64,000 bases of DNA from Tubulanus polymorphus (Eukaryota > Animalia > Nemertea). The notes under the pieces are model-generated. The model saw only the letters and a list, made by a program, of their open reading frames with translations. It had not been told where the DNA came from and ran no database searches. Shown one piece after another: positions 1 through 15,349 of this stretch (its first letter is position 1; each line of letters begins with the position of its first letter). The DNA lies in NCBI RefSeq assembly GCF_964204645.1, contig NC_134030.1, forward strand, positions 5,808,778-5,872,777, written 5' to 3'. The position numbers and the translations under genes were made by a program.

Positions 1-3000
1 ACTACGCTTTCGCTTTTCAGAACGTTAAAATATTATTATTGACACGCGATAGCACGTTCGAATTCACAATTTGAAAGCAGCGCGGCGGCGGCGGTGAGTG
101 CTCTCTCCAGATTCGTTTTAGACAGAAAATTCGTCGAATGACGTCAGGTGGAAATAGGTGGGTTTCGTATAAGTTTCTCTATCATCCGTCAATCTGCGCG
201 AAACGCGTAGTGTTTCTAACTGTTCCTGTCAGGTGGTGGAGTATCCTCATCAGTTAAAAGCGTTTAACTTGTCAAACAACTCTAGCATATCTGCAGTATA
301 CTGACAATCTGAACTACCTGAGCCACTCTTTTAGAAGTCAATGCTTAATTAACTTTAGTAAAACAAAACAGGACGAGTGATAAGATTTTAACTATTTCCC
401 GGAACACGGCCATTAGCCCGTTCTACTCTATGGCTTATTGTTGAATTGCATCCGCCGCTTGAATATTGAGGACGTGGTCATCTTTTTTTCTTTTTTAGTT
501 TCTAATCAATTTTTTGTTGAGATGCTAGTATCCGTCGCCCAGTTTATCATGAGTAGTAATAAGTAATAGATATAGTGTTAATTGTTAATTCGACGACCTT
601 GGGATCGGAATAAAATGAATCGCGCTGCTCTTATGTCTGGCTGTAAAGTTTCCGATACATAGAATCATCGGTTTGTTCGTATTTGGATTACCTCATTGCT
701 TTGAATTGTTTCTAGAAAAGTAGGTTGTATGTCTCAGTTCCGAAGGGTCTATCTGTAAAATATCGTAATGGACTTTTTTGTCATATTCGCTCCTTATTCG
801 CTTCAAATATGATCGGACGCGTGTTTGCTCATACAGAAGGTTGATCGTCGTTCCTCGCTTCTTTTTTTATTGTTTTCGCGCGTGTCGGTGGTCGACATTG
901 ATCCGACGATGGACGTGATGCAGTTATACTGTTAGGTCGAGAGAAAAAAGCATTCTTATTGCAACGCGCACGGTGACTTCAAAGCGGCGATAATTTGTCA
1001 TCAAGAGAAAATTTATTCGAAGGTGAAACAAGCAAGAAAAACAACACTGAAACCATATCATATACGTTTATAGTTGAAAATATTTGGAAGCATAAGAAAT
1101 TTGCAGAGAGGGTCGCGTCTGTTTAAGATCAATATCAACTTGCTTGCATTGATGTTATTGAAGCATTGGCCGTTATTAACAAACATCAATTGAAGACTTC
1201 GTTAATTGACTTCGTTATGTAATAATATGCTAAGGGTTTTTATACACGAATTGCAGTTCTATTTGATGTCGAAATGTCGAATGCACTCATGAACCGAGTT
1301 ACCTTACCGTTTGCTTATTTTGCGATCATTTAGTTCAGTGGTTTGGGGTTTACTGTTACACCGCGCCGATGGCATATAACTTCGATGTTGTTGAAATCGT
1401 ATTTACATTTTCCGCGTATTTACTTGGACACTGGCGATGATTAAGTCATTTAATAGCAAAATTCAACATCCCTTCGGCGGAATTACTCGCGCATAGTAGT
1501 GATAATAGTAATCGGCAGTTGGCTGGTGTAGTCGGATGGGCAATATTTCAACCGGCGTGTGTTATGTTATAGTAAAACATCACGCTTAAATTAAACACAC
1601 AGGAGATATGTTTTACGCCGTCGGTTACACAAGAACATTTATCACGTCATTTTGATGATAAGCATCCTTCGAATAGAACCGTCATTTATATATGAAGAGC
1701 GTTGATCTATTTGCGTTTAATTTGACTCGTAGCGCTTTTCGACAATGTGAATTACTGCCCGGAAACCGACTTTTCATATGTCGAGTATTTCAGTATTTAC
1801 GATTATGTTTTTGTTCATTTCGTCTGTTCACGAAACATCGAAAATTATTGGTAGCATTTATCGGCGATTATCGTGATTATTCCTATTGTAATGCAACTCT
1901 TAAAACCTATCTTTTTCTTCAAGCTCATTATATAGTTAACCACACTTAAATTATGTATCCATGTTCTATGTAAGAGCCTTAAAGCAGTGTTCATTTAAAA
2001 AGGCACCAAATATGATAGATAATGATAAAAATAATTTATTGGCAAAAGTGCAATACTTAAACTAGTCTTTTGAATACATCGCCGCATTCAGATAGATGTT
2101 AAGCTTTAAGATTTAGAAAGTAGCCATTGTGAATGAGAAGATCGATAGAAGTAGACCAATGAGTGCAAAATTCTGTCAAAAATCTATACTTCGATGCGTA
2201 ATTAAGAGAATAACATTTATCAAATCATTATCCGCAGCAACGTTTGTCTCCTCGGGTGTGTCGTGTGTTCAACTTCGTGTATATATATTTCATCCTACGC
2301 TTTATAAGATAAATCTGTCAGTCTTCAAAATAAAAATAATGTAAAATTGCTTCTGCTAATCATTTGTGTTCGTTTTAAGGACTCTTCATGAGAACATTGT
2401 CAATATTCAATCAAATGCGTCCGTCTTTGATGCGTATAACGCATAGCGAATTTCTATACGCGCATTTTTCTGTTATGTGTTTTCTTAGCAATAAACTGCC
2501 GAGCAATAAATCTACATCTTGCTGCAAATGTGTCTGCGTTTCGCTGATTCAGTTATAATGATTGAAAACCTGCGGAATGTATTTAGATCGCAATTAGTAA
2601 CCGGACCATTTTGCGGCTCCGGTTAAAACCGTAATGCCATCACCTTTTCGCGCAAAGGGCGTTTTCTCCCGCTTACTAATTTGGTTTCGCTAACATTAAT
2701 CTTCATTTCGTGATATATCCGTTCGTCCTTTGAAGCTGGAGCGTCTTTAGTGGCGATGCTTCAATCGGCAACGCCGTCTTAGAATAAGCAATCAGCAAAT
2801 TAGATACGATATTAAGGTTTACCGGTTACCATTATATTTGTTATTAACTGAGACTTCATGTAAGGAATTACATTAGCGCCTGTTTGTCCCAGGTATATTA
2901 GACAACCGTGAGTCTTCGTTATATTGAATTACTCCTGCAAAGAAGAGATTGCCGCGGGATTTCAAAAACTGGTTTGAAGCCGGGCAACAATTACTGGTGG

Positions 3001-6000
3001 TGTGATTTATAAATTTACCGCATTATTATCGCTATTTGAATCTGTAGTGTTTGTGTGTTGACTGGACGATGTGATGTTTCTTCACCGCAAATTCTCCCAA
3101 GGTAAGCACACAAAATACAGCGCGATGATACGCAAATAGTTTGACAGACTTCAGGAACCACTGCGCGGAGACTGATCCGTGATGTCAATCCGTAAGTGTG
3201 GATGGACACAGGTTCCGAAAACTAAGTTAAAGGAACGCAGAATCTATGGCGGAAAATGAGTATTGCCACAAATATAAAAAGGAAATAATATGAAAGTTTG
3301 GTGGTACCCATAGAAAAGGCAATTTTACAAAAGAACTGATGGGCCTAAACTAAATTAAGCTACCTAACTGCTTCTTATTTTTGCGCAGCATTTCAGAAAT
3401 GCAGTCATTTCATTGCAGGAAGGTTTTGTTGTTTGTGACCTTTCCGGGAATCGCATTTCATTGGTTCAAACACAAACGTTCAACGAACGACGTGTTCTTA
3501 TTTCAATCGTTCACTCTGTCTCGGGTTTATGGGCGAAAGCCCCAACCCTCCAGCCAGTCCTGGAAGTGATTTTATCCACAGTGATCCACGAGTCTGTAGC
3601 TACATTCAACTGTGCTAAAATGAGGGGCCAGTTGCTCAAAGGTTGGTCAAAGATGACGGACGGATAAATACCACAGTGACGATGAACATTAATTTGTCAC
3701 TATGTCAACTACTGGTTAATTCTAACCAGCCTTGAGCAACGTCCTAGACACGAAAGTTCTTGATGAACCCAAACCCCGCCACTCGTCCGGAATTTCGACG
3801 CTTGATGGACTGATATTTTTGATTTATCGGAGTAAACATTTCGAAACATTATTTTAGGGATGCGTAACGCACGTTATTGAAGGCCAATACAAATAAGCGC
3901 GCACCTGCTGTCACTTAAGCAGTAATGAACATATTTGTTCAAACATAATAACGGCCATTACAGTTGCGGATTGAGATTATTGGTTCCGTTGACACATCAT
4001 TTATAATACCAACGTGCACAATTTGGATTGGAATGCAAATGATTTAGTCGACGCGTTCGATACAAGTTGTGATTTGATTAAAATAAGAATATGTATATAT
4101 TTCATACTTTTCGCGGAATGAAGTGCGTTAAATCCTTGTGAAAAATGGATCAATTTGTGCCGGGTTTAAGCGATTAATTTTTTCCTGTCGAATGCACGTG
4201 CGAATTTAAAAAACGAAACAACAAAGAAAATATGAATACGAGTTTCCTAGACCTAGCGTATACAATATTTTTCAAGTAAGAATAACAATATTTTTCTAGT
4301 TAGAATAACGTTGATTTTCATATTCATACAGACTGTTTCGCTACCGTTAGTATGAAAAACAGAATCGCTTGAATAATGTTGAATATATACTTTCCGGTGG
4401 TAAAACATCATAAATCATAGATAGTTTCGGGGACAAAAATAAGATATCTTCCTCCTTGCAAATGATGAATAGAAAGAAAATAATTAGTGACCACGATGAT
4501 AATGAGATATTAGTAATATACAGGACGATGGCGCCGTTGTCAGTAATAAGCCCCCATTTTGATGAATTAGGGTTGGAATACAGTAGTTTCGGTCGGTTCT
4601 TAACACGTCTGGGTTGGGTCATCCATTATCTTCTATTTCGTTCTTTTCATTATTCGATTATAAGTCGATCGCTAAAGTACCTAGATACAAGTTTTCTCTA
4701 ATCTTCCACGTCACGTATAAGACTGTTACTGTCTCCATATATCTATGAGGACTCGCCTGCAGTATGTGTGAGTTAAGTTCGAAGTTCCAGATTTATCAAA
4801 ATTAGTTGGTTAGAGTCAAACATTAACTCACTGTTGAACTGGGTGCTGTTCTAAACGCCAGTCGCTTTCAGATTCTCGTACGGTTTTATGTTCTACCTTG
4901 TTAACCGAAGGTAGTTCGTTTCTTGGTAGATCTGTTATTTTCCCTTTGAACCGCGTTTGATATTCAATCCAATTACACGTTGAGAATTCTATGTAAGCTA
5001 ATCGCCTGATACACGAGATTCCTTTTGACCTTAACCATTTTGCAAAGAGCTTTTTTTAGAGGTTACTTTGCTGGATTCTTCAAGGTTTCGTTCACAATGT
5101 ATATAAAGAAACTGAACAGTTGCACAGGTAAACGAATGGGAAAGGACTTACAATATTTTAGACCCTTCCTTCCAAGATAGCCACCTTCTGTGCGTATCCC
5201 CATATGACATTATCCAATTACCTTGATTTGAAAAGTGACTCCTCTGGTAGCCATGACTGATCCAATCACTAGCAGGCAAATTGATGTTAGGAGCTCAGAC
5301 CACTATTCCAAAATCCCCCGCATCCTATGTTAAAACAAGAAGTTCAGGCGCGTAAATCCTGCTAATGGCTTCTAGGCCAGTATCGCCCCACACGCCCAAC
5401 CTTACTTTGAAATGATCAAACCTTTTGAAAGGAGTCGTATTCCAGTACAGTTATACTAGTACATCCGAACCGAATATTGAAGCGAATCCCCACCCTATTT
5501 GGTACCCTTACTCCAGACCAAAACAATCCAGAGAATCCCTTATTTCATCATCAGTCTGTCGTACCTATAACCGAAATTCGTCACCTATTCTATGTGTAGA
5601 AGTATGGCAACATTTATGGGGACCTCCTTTTTATTCTTGGTACTTTTTTGGGGTCCTGTCCTAAGCATCTTGAAGCTACTAACCTTATAGAGGGGGGGGG
5701 GGTTAGGGGGATTTCTATGTAACATTATTTCTATTCTAATAAACGTATGGAATGTTTGGAGTTATTTCAAGGCACCTCTTACAGAATACGACACCTGGAT
5801 CTACGTTTTCTTAATGCGTCGGATTTTATTCACCCAGGAGAGTTGAATGGTTCATTTCTGATGATCAAATTCCAGAATGGAATTCTAAACGTAACTACAG
5901 AATGAGTTCCTATTCTTGTGTGTATTTATCCTCTTCTCTTAGCGGTAAGACTTAACACAAACAACGCCAACAATCTTACATCGTTTGGTCTAAAATATTA

Positions 6001-9000
6001 TTCAAAAGGCGGCTTTTCAGGAGCGAAACATCTGAATCAAGATTTACCGATTCGTCTATTTATTGAGCTCGGTTTTAATGCTTTCTTCGTACAATGCTGG
6101 CAATGCTGAGAGAGGAAACCTGAGCAGAAAATCTAATATAACTAAGTGGTTGATCGGACAATGAATCGTGATCCGATCTGGCCGCATATAATGCTTATAT
6201 ACCAGGAAAGAACCGGCACTTGTTCGCCGTATGAATAGAATGAAAGTATCATCCCTCGAGGTAATTAGTCCCATCCGACAGCTAGCCATAACAAATATCA
6301 TCGTGGAAATCAGAGGCACCCATAGAAAAGCCAACTATACCAAAGAACTGATCGGTTGAAGATGAATAAAGCTTCAAATGCCTCTAATCTCGTTGCACAC
6401 ATTTCGCAAAAGGCACGACTCACTTTTATTGCAGGAACGTCTTGCCAACGAGACGAATTCTACGTGTGTATGGTATAAGTGATTTTCTCCAATGCTAATT
6501 TATACTACTAAGTGATACGTGTTATATTAGTGGCCGCTGCCATCTTGTTTTTGGATATAGGCATCCGGTTTAAAGTTTTGTGCGCGCATATTCTTGTCGA
6601 TAACATATCATTCTGCGCATAATTCACGAACTGTTCTCGGTTATGAAAACATTAAAAATCAAGCTATTGCGGGGCCATTCTGTTGTTTTAAGATAGGCGT
6701 GTAAAGCGTGGAGCGGTGGTGAGAAGATATAGTCTAGGCCGTCCGTAATTAGGTACGATCGCGCGGCGCATGCTTGACACTGGCAGAGAGAGCAGGCTGG
6801 AGCGACTAATAAAATCGCTTTCTTGCCGATATTTGCTACTGATAAAAGGGAAATCCACGTCAATAAAACCGCTAATGAGGCTGTGGATCACCTTCGAAGC
6901 CATTCCAGAAACCTTTTCGTTTGAAAACCGACGACGAAACTATAATCGCCAAGTGAGGAATAACAAAGATAAATCTAGAGCGCAGTGCGGAGACGGGTCG
7001 CCGCATGTAAATAGTTGCAAATTATGGAAATAAAACGTTTATTCGATCGGATTTCGTACTAAAGACCTGAGCAGAAATTGACAAGTTGCGTTTAATCGAG
7101 TAAGTACGTCCGTAATTATGCGATGAATTTGCCGGTGATTGTCCACTGAGAGGCCGTGAAATTCCGGCCATATTTGCTTTTTGGCGTTGGCCAGATAAGA
7201 GTCTTTTATAGGCGACACATCAGCAAGGAATGATTTCCTAAGCCCGGGGATGACATTAATGTCTCCCCAGCAGCGTATAAACGCTGTTTTATAGCACTGT
7301 TGGTAAACTTTAGGGCCGATTAAGTCATTCTATTTACGACCGTATTGAGTAGGATATACGCACCCCTTAATGTGTATTGGCCGTAAACGGTCATAACGTA
7401 AAAACCAATATTGACGAAAAAAATGAATAGACGGTTGATGTGCAGTGGCAGCTCGGCATGCGTAACCGCATCTGTTCACTAAATGTGCAATTTGGTGATC
7501 GTTACTCGGCGCCATATTGCTATGATTTCGACGCCGCGTTTTTTCCCTTTTTTAATGTTTACGTCTGGTTGGTCGATGACGTTTTCACATCCATCTGACG
7601 CGCTGCGCGGTCATATCCTAAAAACTATAATCGCGCAGAAGAATATCGTTTCGCCGGGATTTCCTCGGAAAACTGCGCCGTTTGTAGATGGAAAATCAGT
7701 CGGCGGGTTTTTCATTTCGCCTCTACAGCGATCGTGTAGGTTAAACATCGAGACAGTTGCGGACATCGATTCTAACGACATCAATATTTTCATTAAAATT
7801 ACACACACACAAATAACACACAAGCACATGCGGATTTGAGTGGCGTTTCGTTCCTCGTAAAACTGTCAGGAATCTAATAAATTTCTCAGTCGCGGCGTTT
7901 GAAACGTGAGATCAACGGGCTAGCTCGTGGACTGATAATAGCTCAAAGCCACCAGACCGGGGTTTGAACCGTTGCCGCGTTCGGTTGTCGTAACATCTCC
8001 GTAATCTTTGTCAAATTTCATAAAATGAAGATAATACGAAAGATCCCTTCGATCTAAATTGATTTCTCATCGTCAAATGACAACAATCTATTAGGTTCTG
8101 CTTTCGTCAGTATAAATCAATTTTCTATGAAAATTCGACGACGACTATCTATAGAGATTTATAGATCACCAACAACGATCTACACAGCGTATAAGTGAAT
8201 GAAGAAAAAATTGGCTAATAATATTATTATCATAAAATGGACCCGGGTGAAAACAACAGCTGGGAGTCTTTATTATAGATTGATTGGCGCGTGGCGTTCG
8301 AGGTATATAAATAGTAGTTGTCAAGCCCCGATGATAAGGAAAGGTTATTACGAAAATAACATGCTTTTATAGTTCGCTATTCTCAGAGAAACGAACTTAC
8401 CTAATGCACGTAAGCACGGTCTGTCCATTAAACGATTGTCTTTCTCAAGCGATTCATCTTTCGCCATTGATTTTTATAATATGTTGATCTATTATCGTGT
8501 GCAGGTCACAGGTTCGATCTTGAATATCGGGGTAGGAAGAGATGACTGCCGACAGCGCTGCCAGCGTTACTAGAAACAGTCACTAGGCGGCAGCACCCTG
8601 ACTTCAGCTCAGTTCGTCTTCATAGATCCGCGGTGATGTCATTTTTTCTAACTCCCAGACGAAATTGCGTCTTGCATTTTTTCCAAATGTTTTTATTTGA
8701 GATGAACTGCAGACGTTGTAACTCAAGGGATTTCACCAGGAAAGCAGAAGCTTTAACTGGTAACGTTATAAAAGCAGTTTCCAGTTCGACACAGCACATG
8801 TCGGGATTCTTCTTGAAGTTTTCTAAGCCACGAATACAAAGGAACTAAATCGTGTAACAGATTCTTACCGTGTAAAGTGAAGCTTATGAAGGTTATGAAG
8901 AAATACGTGATGGTAACTGAATCTTCTAAGGATATATTTGGGAACTTTACACTTTAATTGGAGCCAATTTGAATCACGCACGTATGAATATTCGATAGAT

Positions 9001-12000
9001 CTTCTGGTAGAGTTTATCGGTTAGCGGACTCGATGAGACAAGGTAATGCATAAAGATTCATTGCCTTTTTCTTAGTTTACATTATGATATCAGTCGTACT
9101 GTTTTCCTCTGAGTTAAACATTGTCCGTGGGCGCTTTTCTTTTTTGTTTTCTGTGTTCGGATGGATCACTTTTCACCTTGTTCTTAGAATGTCAACCGAT
9201 AAGGGTATCATTCTGATGCCATATAATAGGGCGGCATCGCTATGCCAACGAAATGTTCACGTGAAACCTTTGACGTTTCTTAGTAGTGTCGCGGGAAAAA
9301 AAGTTCTCCATACCGGGGCGGGCGTTCATTTTATACAAAGTAACAAACTCGAAACGTCAAACAGTCAGTGCAGGTAAACATTAATTCATTGCCACTCGTT
9401 ACCAGTCATTTCAATCTTGATGGAAAACGATACCGAGTGAATTCTTTCTTCATTACCCATTCTACATCCTACTGCTATGTCCCATTAGATATAAGCCTAA
9501 CTTGAACTGACTATATAGGTCTTGCATGGACGTCACAACACATTTTCGACACAAGACACATGCTAGATATTACCGAACCATTAATCGGCGATTGCTAGTT
9601 CCAACCAGTGAAAAATACAATCATGTGATCATTTGATCGACGAATTTATGCTGCAAATCAGTCTCCGCTCCGAATTCGCCTAAATGTGTCAACCTTGGTC
9701 GCATTCGGAAAAACATACGGCGAACAATTCGCCGAAGAAATTCGCCTAATCTGCCATAAGCGTTAGCGGCGCTTGACGATCAGTTTTGACGCGTTGACGT
9801 CACATTTGAGACCGCTATACACGTTTAAAACTTTGAGATTGACAATAAACGAGCGAAGCGTTTGAATTTCGAGTTTAATTAGTTGATACGTAGAATATTA
9901 CTTGAGTTCTACCTAACATAATACAACATCCATTACAGCGAGTCTTTGTCAACATTTCGCGTGCGAATGACCATAAATCTTATCATTCTATATGTTATTA
10001 GATCGGGTCGACTCGTGCAGATCAGATCGAGTGATTTCCTAATACACATATAGGATTTGAATCATATGGTATTCCCATCTATTTCCGCCACGCTCTCTTG
10101 CGTTTTAGCGATGCTTCCAGAGTTCGAAAAGTACACACCGATTTTATCGACTACAAACATGAATGCAATACGCATGCAGCGGAAGGAGCTTCTTCATTGC
10201 ACGAATTTAAAAATAAAATCTATTCACGTTCACCTTATAAGGTTAATAAGGTGCCAACAGAAGTTCACCCTATGATTCAATTAAAGTATTAAAAGAACTC
10301 AAAGTTGACGACACTGATCGGCTTTTATTTAATTAAGATTGCACAGAGTAGAGCTAATGATTTCGGCAACGTGGTAATCACCCCTAATTCCCTCATCTGT
10401 GAACTACTGTGTCCTGATTACACGTCTTCTTTTCTACGCCCCAAAGTCGGAGGAGAAAATTAATCCCGGTGAAATGAGAATGAATTGAGGGATACGAAAC
10501 AAGGAAATAACGTTTTGATTCACTTCGCGATACGTGCGTGCAGCTTGTATTGAAAAATAACGTGTTTATTTCACTTACGAAAACTATTTTGTTTTTTCAT
10601 TCGGCTTTTGACCTTTAAAAACATTTATCACCATTTGTAACTAACCACGTCTCGTCTTAAGTTATCTAGCTAGCTATTCAATGTAGAGATTCTACCGTGA
10701 ACTTTTGAAAAATAAACGTCGGTATGAAAACATCATACGCCGTTGGAAAACTCAGCCTTGGATTGGTGTTGATATATTTGTCATTGAGGTACCACCAAAT
10801 AAGTGTTATCATTTATACATATGCATGTATATATGTTTTTCGGCAGTTTAACAGAACATTTTCGCCTTTGCGATGTAATTGCTCCCCGAGTGTGACATTC
10901 TGGCGTGTTTAGCTACCACTAGAGTTTCAGCAGATTCCGCGATTCCGTGATAGATTCTGACGAATATTTACGACCGTGTTCCCTCGAAAGTGCATTTTGC
11001 TATGTGTGCGCACTACTCTCTCCTTTTTTGCGTCCGAACAAATCATCGTATGGCGCTCTCTCTCTACCTATTAGCGTGATTTACATCGCGAATCTCTGTT
11101 TCTGGAATTTTTTTAAAAGAAAGACAGAAAGACTCCAACGAGAGTTTCCAGACGTATGTTTTCGTCGAAATTTTATCGAATAAATCCATCAAGTACCCAT
11201 TAAAATAGTGCACGCTTTGTTATTGTACAAGTCGCATTAATGAGCCACGTGTCATTAAAGAACACCGAATGAATCGGTCATAATGCGCGCTTTCTCTAAA
11301 CGAAATATATTGAAATACGATTTGACATGAAATGTATAATTGTCTCTCTTACGGTGTATATAACGTAATAAAGAAAATATGGAACGAGTCTCCTTAATCG
11401 CGACTCGATATCAAATTACATCAGATTCTTTGGGTAAATATGCATACAGTTAATCGATGATTCAAAATGATACGTTGTATTTACCGTTAAACAAGTAAAT
11501 GGTGACGTCAACGTGCTTGATCTCTATACTATGACACACTTAACTTTTTACGGATTTTCTCGGTTACTGCCCACTCAAAATCTTAATATATGGTATTATA
11601 CCGGTGTCAAAACGAGGATCCACTGTGTTGCAATAACAAACGCCATTAATAGAGCTCGTTCATGACAGACGACAATCTTAAGACGATTGCAATTCGACGA
11701 TCCACATTAAATGTGCATCAGATGACCCATGTGAGTCGTTAGTATGGCAAACACAGCTGCGCGTCCTAACTAATAAAGAAAGAAAGCGAGCAAGTGATTT
11801 CCTATTGGCAGGAATCAAATTAATATTAAATTGGCTATCGCGGCGATGCTATCAGACAATTTCTGTCCGCAGTCCCGGCCTCCCGGCGTTTACAGATTCT
11901 GCGCCAGATATCCCGAGAAAGATGCGAATCTAAATATTGGTGTACAAGCGAATATTCGCGCAAGACCCTTCGCGATTTCTCCAGAGAAAAAACCAAACGG

Positions 12001-15000
12001 TTCCTTGTCATTCATCGAAATTCGCGCGTTTATATGATGTTTCGTATAGTACGAGACGACAAACCTTCTCAATAACTTCGCTTTCGTGAATCTGATCTTC
12101 GCGTATTCAACATCCCGCCCTGATCAGACTGCGTTTTATTCTATGTATCATGTTGAATAGCCATATCTTTTGCATCTTAACATTCGAACTATTTAATCTG
12201 CAATAACGTAAATATTTGATTAACGCTTGATGTTCCGGCGTGCATAAAATGACAATATGGACCCCGCTAAAACAAAATGACTTATAACGAGTGATGACGG
12301 TCGCTATTGTCCAGAGTAATTACAGAGAAGACTTTCAATCAATGACCGCAGCGGACTCAGCTTCTCGATCCCGTTACAGTCGTTAATCTCTTCATGTCCT
12401 CGTCGCTACCCCAGTCCCAATCATTGCCGGACTCGTAAAATCAACTTCGGCATCTTGCGTTATTGAGCTCTATTAATCTGGCGTTAATATTTGTCGCGCT
12501 TCGTACAGAAAATGTAGATTGATTAACGAGATGACACCCAACTCGTCCGTGATGACCATTAATCCATATAAAGTATTACGTTATTCGGTATGAGAAAATA
12601 TGCACATTCAGTTCGAAGTAGTTCCCGCTATAGTCTCATTCGCAGTTAAAACATTCGTTCATGCTAAAGGTTGGTGGTTAATGGATTTTGAAAGTGGATA
12701 ATGAACAAGAGCCATTGCCACATATCTTACGTAATACCTCACCTTTAGATTGTGGAGTAAGTCAATTTACAGTTAGTTTTTGTATAGTTTTTGTAGAGAC
12801 ATATTATGCCCTTGTGAGACGAAAAATGTTAATTCGACCAATGCGTAGAATCGATAGCCTTTAGGGAAATTAATCACCGTGAAATCTTTTACACATCTTG
12901 AATTGAAACGTGTTCAGCATACAAAACGACGCATCAAGGACGGCGTTGTGAGATGTCCAATAATATCACCGAGAAACAACGGGAACGAACGAGAAACAAC
13001 GGGATCGCGGTGATGATGATAAAGGCCGCTTTGTAACTGATTGAAAAGCCGATAATCGCTAATATATAGTGAGTTTGGTTTAACATTTTGAAGTGCTTTC
13101 TTTTTAATGTTGTAATGGCAAATAGTGGCATATCATATTCATCGTCGCATTTACGTATAAACCGAAGGGTAATTATATACAGACGAACATCTATGAAACC
13201 AAAAACTCAATACATACATAGCTAAAACAAACCGATATATGCATCTATCATGCGCTTAGATCCATATCAGGATATACGCTATGTTTGTTCAGGTTCAAAG
13301 ATGAACAAACGAGATATGAATTGTATTTGATGAATTTTATTGTATTTTCGACGGTTTCCAATCACACACATACATAAACACGACAAGCACACTCACGTCT
13401 AAATTGAACGTCATTGAACGATTAAGCAGCCGACATTTTTAACCAAAGCAGTGGTATGTATCATTTCTCATAGGCCGATATCATAAACAAACGAAAATTA
13501 TTCAGTGCTTGGTCACATTTCCCAGACCTTAAATATAATCATCGACCATGTATACATCCGAGTAATTTTAGCTGGTTATTGAGTTATATCGGCGGTTATA
13601 CGTGGAGTCAGGGTTTTGTAGTTTTAATTTTCTGGTTTTGGATAAAAAATCGCCATCTTTCAATACACAGATTATTCGTTGTAGAAGATAATATAACAGT
13701 AGTCAAAATAAATTCAATACCATGCATAATGAAGAAAAATATATCTTCGATTTGAAAACTCTTCCAGTCATCGTCGAGATAGTTGTTTATAAACGTAGTC
13801 CTGTCCTTTTCATTGCGTGGCAGAGATACAGGCCACAGCATGAATCTTGATGATCCTGGTACATATCAAAGAATATCGTTTCTTAACGAGTCTGTTTACG
13901 TTGATGTTATGATTGTAAATTATGCAGTGACAAGAGAATGAACGCTTTTAAAAGCCTTTGATCTTTTACAACATGAATATCGAAGTTTAATACTGAATTC
14001 TATTTCGTACTGATTAATGTGATGCATCTCGTTACTTTCTCCAGTTTGAAGAAGACAGATTTTTCCAAAGGAAATCCAATTAAGAAAATCGCCCTAATTT
14101 TAGACAGTCGGAAATGCGTAACGAACATGTTTAATTGGCTTAAGCCCTACCTACATCGTACGTCAGCTCTCTTCCGGTTTAAGTGCAGTCACACGGTCTC
14201 AACATCTGCCGAGACCTTTAAATTAGAAATAGTTTAGTTCATGGTTCATTTTAGTTCATGGCTCTACCTTAAAGAATCGCTTCACCCGTTAGTAGGGATA
14301 AAGATTAAAATCATGTTTACCGAATATACAATCAGCAATCGCATTATTGTTCCATAGTTTTAATTATATCAAAATCCTCTATATACATTCACCGGGGTAT
14401 TTGAGCCCACTTATATTTAATAACATGTCAAACATAATCTTCTTTGCTCCTTATCTTTATCTGCCCTGTTCCCGATATAGCTACTTCGTTTTTCGATCTC
14501 GGTCGAAATCTTGATCTGGCAGGATATTGGTCGGAGTATCCTTTCCGATCGGCAGAATTTCCCGCATTACCTCGGCAATGAGTATTCAGGAAGACATTCT
14601 CGTTGTATGTAAAAATCGTTATTTTGAAAAAGTCAAACATAATACCTCCAGATTGGACACGATTACGAGCGCTCATCCTCACAAGATTGAAAACGTCTTC
14701 GACGAAAACGAAAAAATTAGTCACTTTAATTAGGATAGATCCCGATTTTTATCATAAGAACTGCGGCTTACGACTGGCCTAGACATAGGCATCATTTATA
14801 CGCGTCTCAGATGATTAATTGAAGTATTTTTTAAACTAACATCTTCCATGAGAAAACGTGATCTGTAAGAATCTCAATAGAAATACCAGTATTATCTTTA
14901 ACGAACAACTCGTACAGTTCTGATGGACATTCGTCGATACGAAAAAAGGGTTTTTCACTTCCGAAGTTGGTTCCATTTTTTGAGTTGATTCAAAAATCAA

Positions 15001-15043
15001 ACCAGGCACTGAATAAGTTCCTGCTTATTTTCTCAGCAAATAG

Positions 15044-15349
15044 ATGATAATAATGATAAATGTGTCTTATATAGCGCTAAATCAAGCGAAGCTGGTCAGA
15101 GCGCTTAAGTTTCCAGTATTATTACCCTAGCCTATAAATTCAAACCATGTATCAGTCATCTCTCTCTGGGGAAATGTAACATCAACTAATAAGCGTTCCG
15201 GAGTCATCTATCAGGCCAGGTACCCATTTACTCCTGGGTAGAGAGTGACAATGAGGATAAGTGTATTTCCCGGGGACGCTAATGTACGTAGTTCGAACCC
15301 CGACCTGGCAGACTCGAACGCTCTAACCACTCGGCCACACCGCTCCACC
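15044..15349 (-). mobile_element. tRNA-derived SINE, apparently near full length
   Basis: Minus strand reads TGGAGCGGTG-TGGCCGAGTGG (A box)...GGTTCGAAC (B box), then CTCTCTACCCAGGAGTAAATGGGTACC (resembles conserved SINE central domains), ending GCGCTATATAAG...ATCATTATTATC (LINE2-like simple-repeat tail). Confidence 0.8.
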
